Positions 51,676 to 61,306 of a DNA stretch of 64,000 nt are shown here, one piece after another. The translations under genes and the position numbers were made by a program. The notes below the pieces were generated by a model. It made no database searches and had not been told where the DNA came from. It was given only the letters and a program-made list of their open reading frames with translations. This DNA comes from an uncultured delta proteobacterium (lineage in GTDB: Bacteria > Myxococcota_A > Polyangia > Fen-1088). Positions within the stretch are counted from its first letter, which is position 1, and each line of letters starts with the position of its first letter. The stretch lies in assembly GCA_963767925.1 (NCBI GenBank), contig CAVYGB010000008.1, positions 928,001 to 992,000 on the forward strand. The letters are read 5' to 3'.

Positions 51676-52121
51676 GCGCGCCCCACATCATCTTTTACGA
51701 CGGCGTCTGCGGCCTGTGCGACCGGCTGGTGCAGTTCGTCCTGCGACGGGATCCGGGCGGCCGCTTTCACTACGCCACCCTGCAAGGGGCCTTCGCCGGC
51801 CGGGAGCTTCCCCCCCGGGGTGGCCGGCCGGCCGACCTCGACACGGTCCTGGTGCTGACCGCCGACGGGCGGCTCCTGCACAAGTCCCGGGCGGTGCTGT
51901 TCGTGCTGCGCGAGCTGGGCGGAGCCTGGGCGGCCGTCGCCTGGCTGCGGGTGGTGCCCCCGGCCCTCACCGATCGAGCCTACGACCTGGTCGCGCGCCT
52001 GCGCTACCGGTGGTTCGGACGGCTCGACGCTTGCCGGGTGCCCGGCCCCGGCGAGCGGGATCGTTTCATCGAAGATCGATCGGAGCCGCTCAGGGCAGCG
52101 ATCCCTGCCAGGGGCCGTTAG
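51672..52121 (+). CDS. DCC-family (DUF393) thiol-disulfide oxidoreductase-like protein
   Basis: FYDGVCGLC, YDLVARLRYRWFG..C; GTGA overlap with fdx. Confidence 0.88.
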   Translation: MSAPHIIFYDGVCGLCDRLVQFVLRRDPGGRFHYATLQGAFAGRELPPRGGRPADLDTVLVLTADGRLLHKSRAVLFVLRELGGAWAAVAWLRVVPPALTDRAYDLVARLRYRWFGRLDACRVPGPGERDRFIEDRSEPLRAAIPARGR

Positions 52122-53124
52122 CCTCCCGGCCGGCCCAGGCCATGGGTCGGCTGGCGGAGGCCGTCAGCTCGCCCGCCGACACGACGATGATGCCGGTGGG
52201 GGCCTTGTCGCCGATGAGGGCCACCGCCCGCTGGGCCGCCTGCTGGGCGCTCGCGCCCGCCGCCAGCCAGCCGTGGACGGTGTGGGCGAGCATGGCCTCC
52301 ATGATCCGCTCGCCGGTGCCGGTGGCGGCCGCCGCCCCGTGGGAGCCGGCGAACAGCCCGGCGCCGTAGATCGGGACGTCACCCACCCGTCCGCGCAACA
52401 TGACCGCGGTGCCGCCGGTGGAGAGGGCCACGCCGAACCGACCGTCGGGGGCGCGAACCGCCACCCCCACCGTGTCGGTGCCGGCGTCGCTCGCCTGCAG
52501 GCCGAGGGTGCGCGGGTCGAGGGCGTAGTTCCAGCGCGCGCGCCACTCGGAGGTGCGCCAGAATTCGGGCAGGTCGGGGGCGGCCTGCCGGATCTTCTCC
52601 TTGATCTTCTCGGTCGACTCCCGCCGGGCCGGGGTGGCGGTGTCGTAGTCGGCGTGCCCGAGCGCGCGGGCAAAGCGGGTCGCGCCGTCGCCCATCAGCA
52701 ACAGGTGGGGCGTGTCGAGCACGGCGCGGGCGACGAGCACCGGGTTCTTCACCCGCTCGAGGCCGGCGACCGCCCCGAAGCGGCCGCTGGAATCCATCAC
52801 CGAGGCGTCCATCTGGATCGAGCCGTCGAGGCGGACGATGGCCCCGGTGCCGGCGTTGAAGCGGGGGTCGTCCTCGAGGAGGGTGACCGCCTTGACCGCC
52901 GCGGCCAGCGGGTCGCCGGTCACCCCCAGCTCGGCCAGGGCGGCGTCCACCGCCGCCCGACAGCCGTCGGCGTGCTGGGGGTCCGAACCGACGCCGCCGT
53001 GGGCGACCGCCGCGGCCTTCCAGGGCGTGGGCGGTCGGGCAGCCGGCTTGTTCATGGCGTCGGTCGAATCCCGGCAGCCGACCGCCACCAGGAGCAGGGC
53101 CCCGACAAGCAGGGAGCTTCGCAT
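52090..53124 (-). CDS. Isoaspartyl peptidase/type 2 asparaginase (Ntn hydrolase) with lipoprotein signal
   Basis: HGG, LEDDPRFNAG, MDASVM, DTVG (Thr nucleophile), STGG, GRVGD, TGTGE; lipobox AVGC. Confidence 0.9.
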   Translation of the reverse strand: MRSSLLVGALLLVAVGCRDSTDAMNKPAARPPTPWKAAAVAHGGVGSDPQHADGCRAAVDAALAELGVTGDPLAAAVKAVTLLEDDPRFNAGTGAIVRLDGSIQMDASVMDSSGRFGAVAGLERVKNPVLVARAVLDTPHLLLMGDGATRFARALGHADYDTATPARRESTEKIKEKIRQAAPDLPEFWRTSEWRARWNYALDPRTLGLQASDAGTDTVGVAVRAPDGRFGVALSTGGTAVMLRGRVGDVPIYGAGLFAGSHGAAAATGTGERIMEAMLAHTVHGWLAAGASAQQAAQRAVALIGDKAPTGIIVVSAGELTASASRPMAWAGREANGPWQGSLP

Positions 53125-53134
53125 GGCGCCGACG

Positions 53135-53872
53135 CTACCATGTCTCCGGCTCGACCTCCGCGTCGGTCACGGCGATGAACCCGCCCGGCGGCAGATCGAC
53201 CGGCAAGGCCAGCCGGCCGAAGGAGACGCGACACAGGCCCAGGACGTGGCTGCCGAGGGCGGCGAAGATGCGCTTGACCTCGTGGTAGGCGCCCGCCGCC
53301 AGGGTGATACGAGCGAAGGTGGTGGCCTCCGGCGGGCGGGCCAGGCTGGGGTGCAGGTCGGTGGCAGCGAGGGGGGCCAGCTCGAGGATCGAAGGGCGGT
53401 GGCCGTCGGCCAGCACCAGACCCGGCTCGAGCGGGCGGTGGGGGCGCGCGAGCGCGGCCTGGTAGGTGCGGGGCAGGGCACGCTTTGGGTGGGACAGGCG
53501 CTGCAGCCAGCGGCCGTCGGTGGTCCAGACGAGGAGCCCGGTCGCGTCGAGATCCAGCCGCCCCACCGACCGCAGCTCCGCCCAGAGCGGCGCTCCGCGC
53601 AGCAGCGCGTGGGCCACCGGGTAGCGGTCGTCCCGCAGCGCGGTCACGTGCCCCGCCGGTTTGTTCAGGGCGACGTGGACGCGGTCGTGCAAGGGCAGCG
53701 GCTTGTCGAGCCAGGTGACCAGCAGCGGCAGCCGGTCCGACTCCACGCGGGCCCGGGGATCGAGCGGTGCGCCCGGGGCCGCGGCCACGACCTCGCCGGC
53801 CGCCATGCGGCGGCGGGCCTCGGTCTTCGAGCAGTCGAGGTTGCGCGCTACGAGATCGTCGAGCCTGGGCAC
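53135..53872 (-). CDS. rsuA: rRNA pseudouridine synthase (RsuA family)
   Basis: S4-like N-terminus, NKPAG, VGRLDLDATGLL, YHEVKRIF. Confidence 0.85.
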   Translation of the reverse strand: MPRLDDLVARNLDCSKTEARRRMAAGEVVAAAPGAPLDPRARVESDRLPLLVTWLDKPLPLHDRVHVALNKPAGHVTALRDDRYPVAHALLRGAPLWAELRSVGRLDLDATGLLVWTTDGRWLQRLSHPKRALPRTYQAALARPHRPLEPGLVLADGHRPSILELAPLAATDLHPSLARPPEATTFARITLAAGAYHEVKRIFAALGSHVLGLCRVSFGRLALPVDLPPGGFIAVTDAEVEPETW

Positions 53873-53957
53873 CGGCCCGACTCTACTCGCCCCGAACGCG
53901 CCGTGCCGGGCCCACTTGCCCGGGACCTCCCGGTCTGGCGTATCCTGGCGCCGGCAG

Positions 53958-54449
53958 ATGCGCGCGCTGCACATCGTCCTCGTCGAACCCGAGATCCCCT
54001 GGAACGCCGGCAACGTCGGCCGGACCGCCCTCGCCGTGGGGGCGGTCCTGCACCTGGTGCAGCCGCTGGGGTTCTCGCTCGACGACCGGCAGGTCCGGCG
54101 GGCCGGGCTGGACTACTGGCCCCGGGTGCCGCTGCGGCTCTGGAGCGACTGGCGCGCGCTCGAGCGGGCCTTGCCCGACCTGGGGGCGCCCTTCCTGCTC
54201 ACCGCCGCCGCGCCCCGCAGCTACTGGGAGCCGCGCTACCCCGAGCGCACGGTGCTGGTGCTGGGTCGGGAGAGCGTCGGGTTGCCACCCGAGTTGCTGG
54301 CCCGCCACCCCGAGGAGACGGTTCGCCTCCCGATGCTGGATTCGGAGCTGCGGTCCTTGAACCTCTCGACCGCCGCCGCCCTCGCGTCGTATGAAGTCAT
54401 TCGGCAGTGGAACGCGCAGCCAGGCACCAGCCCGGCCAACCAGGAGTGA
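53958..54449 (+). CDS. trmL: tRNA (cytidine/uridine-34-2'-O)-methyltransferase TrmL
   Basis: LVEPEIPWNAGN, RRAGLDYW, GRESVGLP, RSLNLS. Confidence 0.93.
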   Translation: MRALHIVLVEPEIPWNAGNVGRTALAVGAVLHLVQPLGFSLDDRQVRRAGLDYWPRVPLRLWSDWRALERALPDLGAPFLLTAAAPRSYWEPRYPERTVLVLGRESVGLPPELLARHPEETVRLPMLDSELRSLNLSTAAALASYEVIRQWNAQPGTSPANQE

Positions 54450-54455
54450 CGTCCA

Positions 54456-55418
54456 GTGAGCAACAGACCGCAAAGGCAGAAGACTCGGGGAGGCAAGGGG
54501 TGGTCCGCGGCCGGCCGCCTGGGATCTTCGGCCCTCCTGGCCGCGCTGCTGCTGGCCGTCGGGGCCCCGAGCGCGGCCGCTCAGGACCCCGATCGGATCG
54601 CGGTGTTGCCGCTCGAGATCGTGGGTGACATCCCCGCCGGCCGCCCCGCGCTGGAGGCGGCGGTGCTGCGCGGTCTCACGGTGGCGGCTTCGCCGACGAT
54701 GTCCTCGGAGGAGGCGGACGGCCGCCTGCAAGGGGGCAGCGCGCGCCTGCCCTGCGACTCGCCCGATTGCTGGTCCGCCGTCGGCAAGGCGGTCGAGGCC
54801 CGCTACCTCGTCACCGGCCGGGTCGAGCGCAAGGAGAACCTCTTCCAGGTGGAGTTCAGGGTGATCGACGCCCGCGCCGGCCGCCTGCTGGCCAGGGAGA
54901 CGAACAGCTGCGCGGCCGACGACTGCTCGGTGGCCGAGCTGTGCCGCCTGGTGGTGCGGGAGCTCGCCCGGCAGACCCTGACCCAGCCCGACGTGACGGC
55001 CGCCCCCGCCGCCGACAGCAACGGCGACCTTCCGCCGCCCGCCCCGCTTGTCGATACGGCGACCGGAGGGCCAGCCGCGGACCAGCCCGCCACCTGGTGG
55101 ACGCCCCGGCGGAAGTGGGCGGTCGCGGCCCTCGTCGGCGGCGCCGCCATCGGCGCCGGCGGCGGCTACCTGATCTACGTCCACAACTCCTGCGCCGAGC
55201 GGTTTCCCGACCAGACCATGCTCTGCGCCCGGCGGCGGGGGTCGGACAAGAACGAGGCGCTCATCGGGGGAATCGCCGCGGCCGGCGCGGGGGTGGGGCT
55301 GGTGACCACCGGCATCGTCATGTTGCTGACCGGCCGGCCCGCGGACGAGGTCTCCCCGGGCTCCGCCCTGGGGCTCTCGATCGCCCCCGGGCACCTGCTG
55401 CTATCGGGCCGGTTCTGA
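54456..55418 (+). CDS. Hypothetical envelope protein
   Basis: Signal peptide, IAVLPL..C...C domain, glycine-rich TM-like segments, C-terminal LSGRF. Confidence 0.7.
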   Translation: MSNRPQRQKTRGGKGWSAAGRLGSSALLAALLLAVGAPSAAAQDPDRIAVLPLEIVGDIPAGRPALEAAVLRGLTVAASPTMSSEEADGRLQGGSARLPCDSPDCWSAVGKAVEARYLVTGRVERKENLFQVEFRVIDARAGRLLARETNSCAADDCSVAELCRLVVRELARQTLTQPDVTAAPAADSNGDLPPPAPLVDTATGGPAADQPATWWTPRRKWAVAALVGGAAIGAGGGYLIYVHNSCAERFPDQTMLCARRRGSDKNEALIGGIAAAGAGVGLVTTGIVMLLTGRPADEVSPGSALGLSIAPGHLLLSGRF

Positions 55419-58094
55419 GGGCTGGGTCTCTTCGGCCGGGGCCTGCCGGCCCATCGCCTCGTTGGCCTTGCGCAGCCCTTCGCGGGCCCGCGAGTCGGAC
55501 GGGGCGAGCTTGAGCGCCCGGTCGTAGGCCCGGGCCGCGCTCGGGTAATCCTGCATGTTCCGGTAGATCTTCCCGAGCTGGATCAAGCCCTCCGCCCCGG
55601 CGCCCTTCTCGGTGGCCTCGTTGGCGGTGTTGATCGCCTCGACGAAGCGGCCCTCCTGGAAATGGTTCTCGCTCTCGATGAGCAGCACCGACAGGTCGGG
55701 CGGGGGGCCCGAGATCAGCGCGCGCCGGCGGGGGACCGGCTCGGCGGCAGCCGCGGGCCGCCGGACGCGCAGCGGATCCGTGCTGGTCGCCGCCAGGGGA
55801 AGGGCCCCGGAGGTGGAGCGTGGGCCGGCGACGACGGGCCGGGAGGTGGCCGCGATCCCGGCCGAGGCCGGGGCGGGCGGGGGAGGGGCCGCCGGTTTGC
55901 TGGCGCCGGATGGCGGCCCCACCTTCGCCGCCGCGGCGGGGGCGCCGGTCGGCGGTCCGATGCGGGCCGGCGCCGCCGTGGTGATGACCGGCGTGGGCGG
56001 GCGTCCGTCGGGGCCGACCGCTCGGTCGACGAGCAGCGCGGTCACCCCGGCCACCGAGCCCCCGACGGCCAGGAGCAACATCGCCGCCCGATTCCGGCGC
56101 TGCGCGCGCCGATCGGCGTCATGGACCAGCGAGGTGACCGAAGGCGCCCGCACCAGGGCGCTGACCCCCACCGCCCGGAGCCGCTCGATGGCGGCCAGCA
56201 GGTCCCGGCGCAGGATCTCCATGGAGGAGGGGCGCCGGGCCGGCTCGCGGGCCAGGCAGCGGGCCACCAGCGATTCGATGTCCTGGGAGAGGTCGGTGCG
56301 CCAGCGGCGCACGGGCAGGGCCTCCTCGGTCATCTTCTTGCGCCAGACCGCCTCCACCGAGTCGCCCTCGGTGGGCGGGTGGCCACCCGACAGCATGAAA
56401 TACAGCAGCCCGCCCACGGCGTAGATGTCGACCCGGAAGTCGATGTCGTTGCCCCGCTCGATCTGCTCGGGGGCCATGTATTTCGGGGTGCCGACCGCGG
56501 CGTCGACCTGGGTGAGCTGGCCGCCGTGCTGGGCGGGATCGGCCCGCAGGAACTTGGCCACCCCGAAGTCGAGCACCTTGACGAAGTCGGCGTCCTCGTG
56601 GGCCCGATCGCGCAGCAGCATCACGTTCGAGGGCTTGAGATCGCGGTGGATGATGCCGGCCTTGTGGGCCGCCTCGAGCGCCCGGCAGACCTGCACGCCG
56701 ATCAGGAGGGCGCGCTCGACCGGGAAAGGGGTCTCCTGGCGCACCAGGTGGACCATGTCGATCCCGTCGATGAACTCCATCACGAAGAAGAACCGCCCGT
56801 CGGGCGTGTTCCCGCAGTCGGTGACGTCGGCGATGTTGGCGTGCCGGATCTGAGAGGCGGCCTGGGCCTCCAGCCGGAAGCGCTGGACCATCTCGCGCTT
56901 CCGGCGCTCGCCGTGGCGGGGGATCTTGATGGCCACCCGCTTGCCGATGCCGGTGTGGTGCCCCTCGTAGACCCGGCCCATCGCCCCTTCGCCCACCAGT
57001 CGCCGGAGGAAATAGCGCTCGGCCAGCACGGCGCCCAGCAGGGGGTCGCCGTCGCCCGCGCCGGAGAGCACCGACGCCGCCCGCACGTTGTTCGACCCGC
57101 TCGGCTGCGACAGGATGGTCACCGCGTGCTTGACGAGGCCCTCCCGTTCGGTCGCCTCCGCCTCGATGTCGCTGTCGAACAGCGCCCCCATGAAGTCGGC
57201 GAGGGCCAGCTTGCCCGCCTCGCGCGGCATGTGCACGGTGAGGGCGGCGCTCATCTCCTCCCCGGTCTGGTAGCGCTCGGCGGGGTCCTCGGCCAGCGCC
57301 TTGCGGACCGCCATCTCCAGCTCGGGCGGGATGTTGGGGTTGAAGCGCGAGGGCGGCGGGATCTCGAAGTCGGTGGCCCGCGACTCGGGGCTGGGGAACA
57401 GTTGCCGGCCGGTCAGCAGCTCCCAGAGGATGAGGCCGGCCGAGAACAGGTCGCTGCGGTGATCGACGGCCTTGCCCAGGTGCTGCTCCGGGGACATGTA
57501 GCCGATCTTGCCCCAGTTGATCCCGGTGGCGGTCTCGGCCAGCTTGCTGTTCCACTTGGCCAGGCCGAAGTCGATCAGCTTGACCCCGCCCGTGTACGAG
57601 AGCATCACGTTCGAGGGCGAGACGTCGCGGTGGACGAGCTTCATGTCGCGGGCCCGGTGGGCATAGCCCAGCCCCGCGCACAGCTCGCTGACGATGAAGA
57701 GGGAGGTTCCGATGGGGAAGCCCACGCCCCGCTGGGCGCAGCGGTTCCACAGCTCGGTCAAGGTCTTGCCTTCGAGGAACTCCATCGCCAGGTAGCCCTG
57801 GCCGCTGACGACGCCGTAGTCGAAGACGAAGACCAGGTTCTCGTGCGAGAGCTTGGTGACGACCTTGGCCTCGTCGAGGAAGCGGGCCGACAGCTCGTGG
57901 GGATCCCGATCGCGGGCCAGGTCGCGGATGATCTTCAGCGCGCACACCCGCTGGGCGCCGGGCTCACCGGTGACGCCCATGTAGACCTGCCCCATGCCGC
58001 CCGAGCCCAGCTCCTTGAGCAGGACGTAGCGCTCGGAGAACCGCTGGGGGAAGTCGAGGCGGGATCGCGATTCGGACGAGGTTTCGGTCGCCAC
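55401..58094 (-). CDS. Membrane Ser/Thr protein kinase with two tandem kinase domains and a C-terminal TPR
   Basis: Kinase 1: GSGGMG/ALK/HRDVSPSN/DFG/YMSPE. Kinase 2: GEGAMG/AIK/HRDLKPSN/DFG/GTPKYMAPE. Then a TM helix and TPR (LGKIY..A..AYDRAL.L.P). Confidence 0.93.
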   Translation of the reverse strand: MATETSSESRSRLDFPQRFSERYVLLKELGSGGMGQVYMGVTGEPGAQRVCALKIIRDLARDRDPHELSARFLDEAKVVTKLSHENLVFVFDYGVVSGQGYLAMEFLEGKTLTELWNRCAQRGVGFPIGTSLFIVSELCAGLGYAHRARDMKLVHRDVSPSNVMLSYTGGVKLIDFGLAKWNSKLAETATGINWGKIGYMSPEQHLGKAVDHRSDLFSAGLILWELLTGRQLFPSPESRATDFEIPPPSRFNPNIPPELEMAVRKALAEDPAERYQTGEEMSAALTVHMPREAGKLALADFMGALFDSDIEAEATEREGLVKHAVTILSQPSGSNNVRAASVLSGAGDGDPLLGAVLAERYFLRRLVGEGAMGRVYEGHHTGIGKRVAIKIPRHGERRKREMVQRFRLEAQAASQIRHANIADVTDCGNTPDGRFFFVMEFIDGIDMVHLVRQETPFPVERALLIGVQVCRALEAAHKAGIIHRDLKPSNVMLLRDRAHEDADFVKVLDFGVAKFLRADPAQHGGQLTQVDAAVGTPKYMAPEQIERGNDIDFRVDIYAVGGLLYFMLSGGHPPTEGDSVEAVWRKKMTEEALPVRRWRTDLSQDIESLVARCLAREPARRPSSMEILRRDLLAAIERLRAVGVSALVRAPSVTSLVHDADRRAQRRNRAAMLLLAVGGSVAGVTALLVDRAVGPDGRPPTPVITTAAPARIGPPTGAPAAAAKVGPPSGASKPAAPPPPAPASAGIAATSRPVVAGPRSTSGALPLAATSTDPLRVRRPAAAAEPVPRRRALISGPPPDLSVLLIESENHFQEGRFVEAINTANEATEKGAGAEGLIQLGKIYRNMQDYPSAARAYDRALKLAPSDSRAREGLRKANEAMGRQAPAEETQPSEPAR

Positions 58095-58259
58095 GGTCGA
58101 GCGCGATCCTATCCAGGTCGCCTGCGCTGTCGAGCCGGAACTACGCGATCGATGAGGCCGTTTTTCTTATCTACAGCGCGTCATGGGTGGCATTGCCGTC
58201 GGGTCCCGTCCAAAAAATTGCGGGAGATGGGGCCAGCTCTGATACTGGGTCAGGGCTGC

Positions 58260-58565
58260 ATGCGCCGGGACGTCAAGAAGGCCTGGGTGGTGCGGGGACT
58301 CGGAGCAGCTTTGCTGGCCCTGACGTTCGGGTACGTTCCCTACCACCTCTACAGCCGTTCGGGATTTTCCCGGTATCTGGAGCTCAGGGCCGAGCTGCAT
58401 TCGATCCAGCAGGAGATTGCGCGCATGCGATTGGAGAACGGCCAGCTCGAACGGGAGGCGGCGGCCCTGCGCTCGGATCCCAGGCTGATCGAGCGGGAGG
58501 CGCGGGCCCGCCTGATGTGGGTCAAGCCGGGTGAGGTCATCTTCGACCTCGGTGCGCCGCCGTGA
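58260..58565 (+). CDS. ftsB: FtsB/DivIC-like septum formation initiator
   Basis: Short N-tail, TM, coiled coil, IEREARARLMWVKPGEVIF. Confidence 0.8.
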   Translation: MRRDVKKAWVVRGLGAALLALTFGYVPYHLYSRSGFSRYLELRAELHSIQQEIARMRLENGQLEREAAALRSDPRLIEREARARLMWVKPGEVIFDLGAPP

Positions 58566-60748
58566 GGGCCCACCGGCTGCAGAGCTGGCGGGCCCGGGTC
58601 GGGCCCCTGCTGCAAGCGATCCAGGCCTTCTGGGGCCTCGCCGTCGTGGCGGTGTTCGTCGTGCTGCTGTCCCGGGGCTGGTTCCTGGGCCTCGCCCACG
58701 GCCAGGGCGACAGCAGCCTGCGGGCGGCGGCGGCGGCCTGCCTGGTGGCGGTGCTGGTCGCCAAGATCGCCGGGCGGCTGCGCATGAGCGAGCGGCGGCG
58801 AACCAGCACCCGCGAGGTCCTATCGGACATCGAGCTTGGCCTGCTCCTGTTGACCGCGACCTATGTCTTCCTGGCCGTGCTGGGTGGGGTGGGGTCGCCG
58901 GTGTTCCCCCTGGTCTATGCCCTGGTCAGCTTCCTGGTCACCTTCCACCGCATGCGGGTGGGGATCCCCCTGGCCCTGGCGGCCATCGCCCTCGAGGCGG
59001 CGATGGCCTTCGGCCCCGGGGCGGCCCCCTCGGCGGGGGGCTTCTTCCCCAGCCACGCCGTGTTCATCGCCGTCTTCGCCGGCCTCAACGTGGCCTTCCT
59101 GCACGCCGAGGTGACCCGCCAGCGTCGCGAGCACCGGCGCCGCCTGGAGACCGAGGTGGCGAGCATGCGCGAGGAGGCCCGTGACTTCCGGCTCAGCTCG
59201 AAGGGCCTGCCCAGGGAAAGCCGGGGCCGCTCCCGGGCCGAGGAGGAGGAGAAGCTCTCCCAGGGCTCGGTGGCGACCATCCACCAGCAGCTCTTCGCCA
59301 CCCTCGAGCTGCTGCGCAAGTCGCTGGCCCTGCAGACCTGCGCCTTGCTCTGGCTCGACGAGGCGGGCGAGAGCCTCAAGATCAAGGAGGTCGTCAGCGA
59401 CGGACGGCGCCTGGCGGAGGGACCCTTCCCCGCCCGCACCGGGGTCCTGGGGGCCATCCTCAAGGAGCGCAAGCCGCTCGGCCTGGAGGCCCCTCGCCCG
59501 CAGCTTCTGCCCTATTACGAGGGGCCGGTGGAGGTCGACGCCTTCCTGGGCGTCCCGGTGATGGAGCGGGGCTCGCTGCGCGGGATCCTGGTGGCCGACC
59601 GGCGCGGCGGGGGGACCTTCCCGGCCCGGGAGGTGGAGCTGGTGACCAGCGCCGCCGCTCAGGTCCTGCGCATCGTGCAGTCCGAGCGGGTGTTCCAGGC
59701 GGTGGAGCGCTCGAAACACGAGCACGAGCGGTTTTATCAGGCCTCGGCGGCGCTCAACCGGGCCCTCACCCTGGCCGAGGTCTACGACGCCGCCATCGAG
59801 GGGGCCCGGGGGGTGTGCGAGTTCGACTTCGCCGCGGTGGCGATCCACGACCCCGCCGACGGCAGCCACACCGTCCGGCGGGTGGTGGGCGAGGGGGCGG
59901 AGGCGCTCGACGGAAAGCGCTTCCGGGACCCCTCGGCGCTCGCCTCGATGGTGGTCAAGAACCGCCTGGCCCTGCCGACCGACGGCGAGTGGGGCGATCG
60001 CGACGACGCCGCCTTCGACGCCAGCGTCCGGCTGGCCGAGTTCCACTCGCTGCTGATGTTGCCCCTGCCGGTCAAGGACGAGGTCATCGGCACCCTCACG
60101 GTGGCGGCGCGGCGGGCGGGGGCCTTCCCCAGCGACCGCCGGGAGATGCTGGGGGTGATCGCCAACCAGGTCGCCATCTCGGTCCAGAACGGCCGCATGT
60201 ACCAGACCCTCGAGGAGCAGGCCACAACCGACGGCCTCACCGGCCTGGTCAACCACCGCACCTTCCAGGAGCGGTTCTCGGCCATGTTGACCCGGGCCGA
60301 GCGGCACAACTTCACGGTGGCGCTGCTCCTCACCGACATCGACCACTTCAAGAAGATCAACGACACCTACGGCCACCCCACCGGGGACGAGGTGCTGCGC
60401 CGGGTGGCGGCCCTGCTGGCGGTGAGCGCGCGCAAGATCGACATCACCGCCCGCTACGGGGGCGAGGAGTTCGCCCTGGTGCTCGAGTCAACCCAGCGCG
60501 AGGGGGCCTTCCAGCTCGCCGAGCGGATCCGGCAGGAGATCGGCGAGCAGGTGTTCGAGTCGAGCAAGGGCCCGTTCTCCGCCACCATGTCGCTCGGCAT
60601 CGCGCTCTACCCCCACGACGGGCGGGCCAAGAGCGAGCTCATCAAGAACGCCGACGCGGCGCTCTACGCCGCCAAACACGGGGGGCGCAACCGGACGGTC
60701 CACTTCGGGGACCTCGACAAGCGAGCCAAAGCCAAGGCGGCGAGCTAG
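58562..60748 (+). CDS. dmxA: Diguanylate cyclase TM-GAF-GAF-GGDEF (DmxA-like)
   Basis: Several TM helices, two GAF-like domains, DGLTGL, DIDHFK.INDTYGH, RKID I-site, GGEEF; GTGA-coupled to ftsB. Orthology to M. xanthus DmxA is inferred from architecture and synteny. Confidence 0.85.
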   Translation: MRAHRLQSWRARVGPLLQAIQAFWGLAVVAVFVVLLSRGWFLGLAHGQGDSSLRAAAAACLVAVLVAKIAGRLRMSERRRTSTREVLSDIELGLLLLTATYVFLAVLGGVGSPVFPLVYALVSFLVTFHRMRVGIPLALAAIALEAAMAFGPGAAPSAGGFFPSHAVFIAVFAGLNVAFLHAEVTRQRREHRRRLETEVASMREEARDFRLSSKGLPRESRGRSRAEEEEKLSQGSVATIHQQLFATLELLRKSLALQTCALLWLDEAGESLKIKEVVSDGRRLAEGPFPARTGVLGAILKERKPLGLEAPRPQLLPYYEGPVEVDAFLGVPVMERGSLRGILVADRRGGGTFPAREVELVTSAAAQVLRIVQSERVFQAVERSKHEHERFYQASAALNRALTLAEVYDAAIEGARGVCEFDFAAVAIHDPADGSHTVRRVVGEGAEALDGKRFRDPSALASMVVKNRLALPTDGEWGDRDDAAFDASVRLAEFHSLLMLPLPVKDEVIGTLTVAARRAGAFPSDRREMLGVIANQVAISVQNGRMYQTLEEQATTDGLTGLVNHRTFQERFSAMLTRAERHNFTVALLLTDIDHFKKINDTYGHPTGDEVLRRVAALLAVSARKIDITARYGGEEFALVLESTQREGAFQLAERIRQEIGEQVFESSKGPFSATMSLGIALYPHDGRAKSELIKNADAALYAAKHGGRNRTVHFGDLDKRAKAKAAS

Positions 60749-60760
60749 AAAACCGGGGCC

Positions 60761-61306
60761 ATGTACCTGTTCGTAAAGGCCCTGCACCTGGTGGGCATCG
60801 TGAGCTGGTTCTCGGGGCTCCTCTACATCGTCCGGCTCTTCATCTACCACCTGGAGAGCGCGAGCAAGCCGGAGCCGGAGCGAAGCATCTTGCACGCCCA
60901 GTTCGTGATCATGGAGCGGCGGCTGTGGAAGGCGATAACCGTGCCCGGCATGGTCGTCACGGTGGCCTGCGGCAGCTACCTGGCGGTGGTCTACCTCGGC
61001 GCGAACAAGCATCAGCTCCAGGTGGCGAGCTGGCTGTTCGTGAAGCTGGGGCTGGTGGGCGCCCTGCTGATCTACCACCTGTTTTGCGGGAGCATCCGCC
61101 AGGAGCTGGCCGACGGGGAGTGCCGCTGGACCTCGACCCGCATGCGCCAGTGGAACGAGCTGGCGACCCTGCTGCTGGTGGCGCTCATCATGCTGGCGGT
61201 GCTCAAGGCGATGTTCAACGCCGTCTGGGGCACCCTGGCCCTGGCCGGGTTCGGCGTCTTGCTGGCCATCGCCGTCAAGCTGGTCCGCCGCCGCCTCGCC
61301 CCCTGA
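60761..61306 (+). CDS. hemJ: Protoporphyrinogen IX oxidase HemJ
   Basis: [41 protein letters not shown]. Confidence 0.88.
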   Translation: MYLFVKALHLVGIVSWFSGLLYIVRLFIYHLESASKPEPERSILHAQFVIMERRLWKAITVPGMVVTVACGSYLAVVYLGANKHQLQVASWLFVKLGLVGALLIYHLFCGSIRQELADGECRWTSTRMRQWNELATLLLVALIMLAVLKAMFNAVWGTLALAGFGVLLAIAVKLVRRRLAP

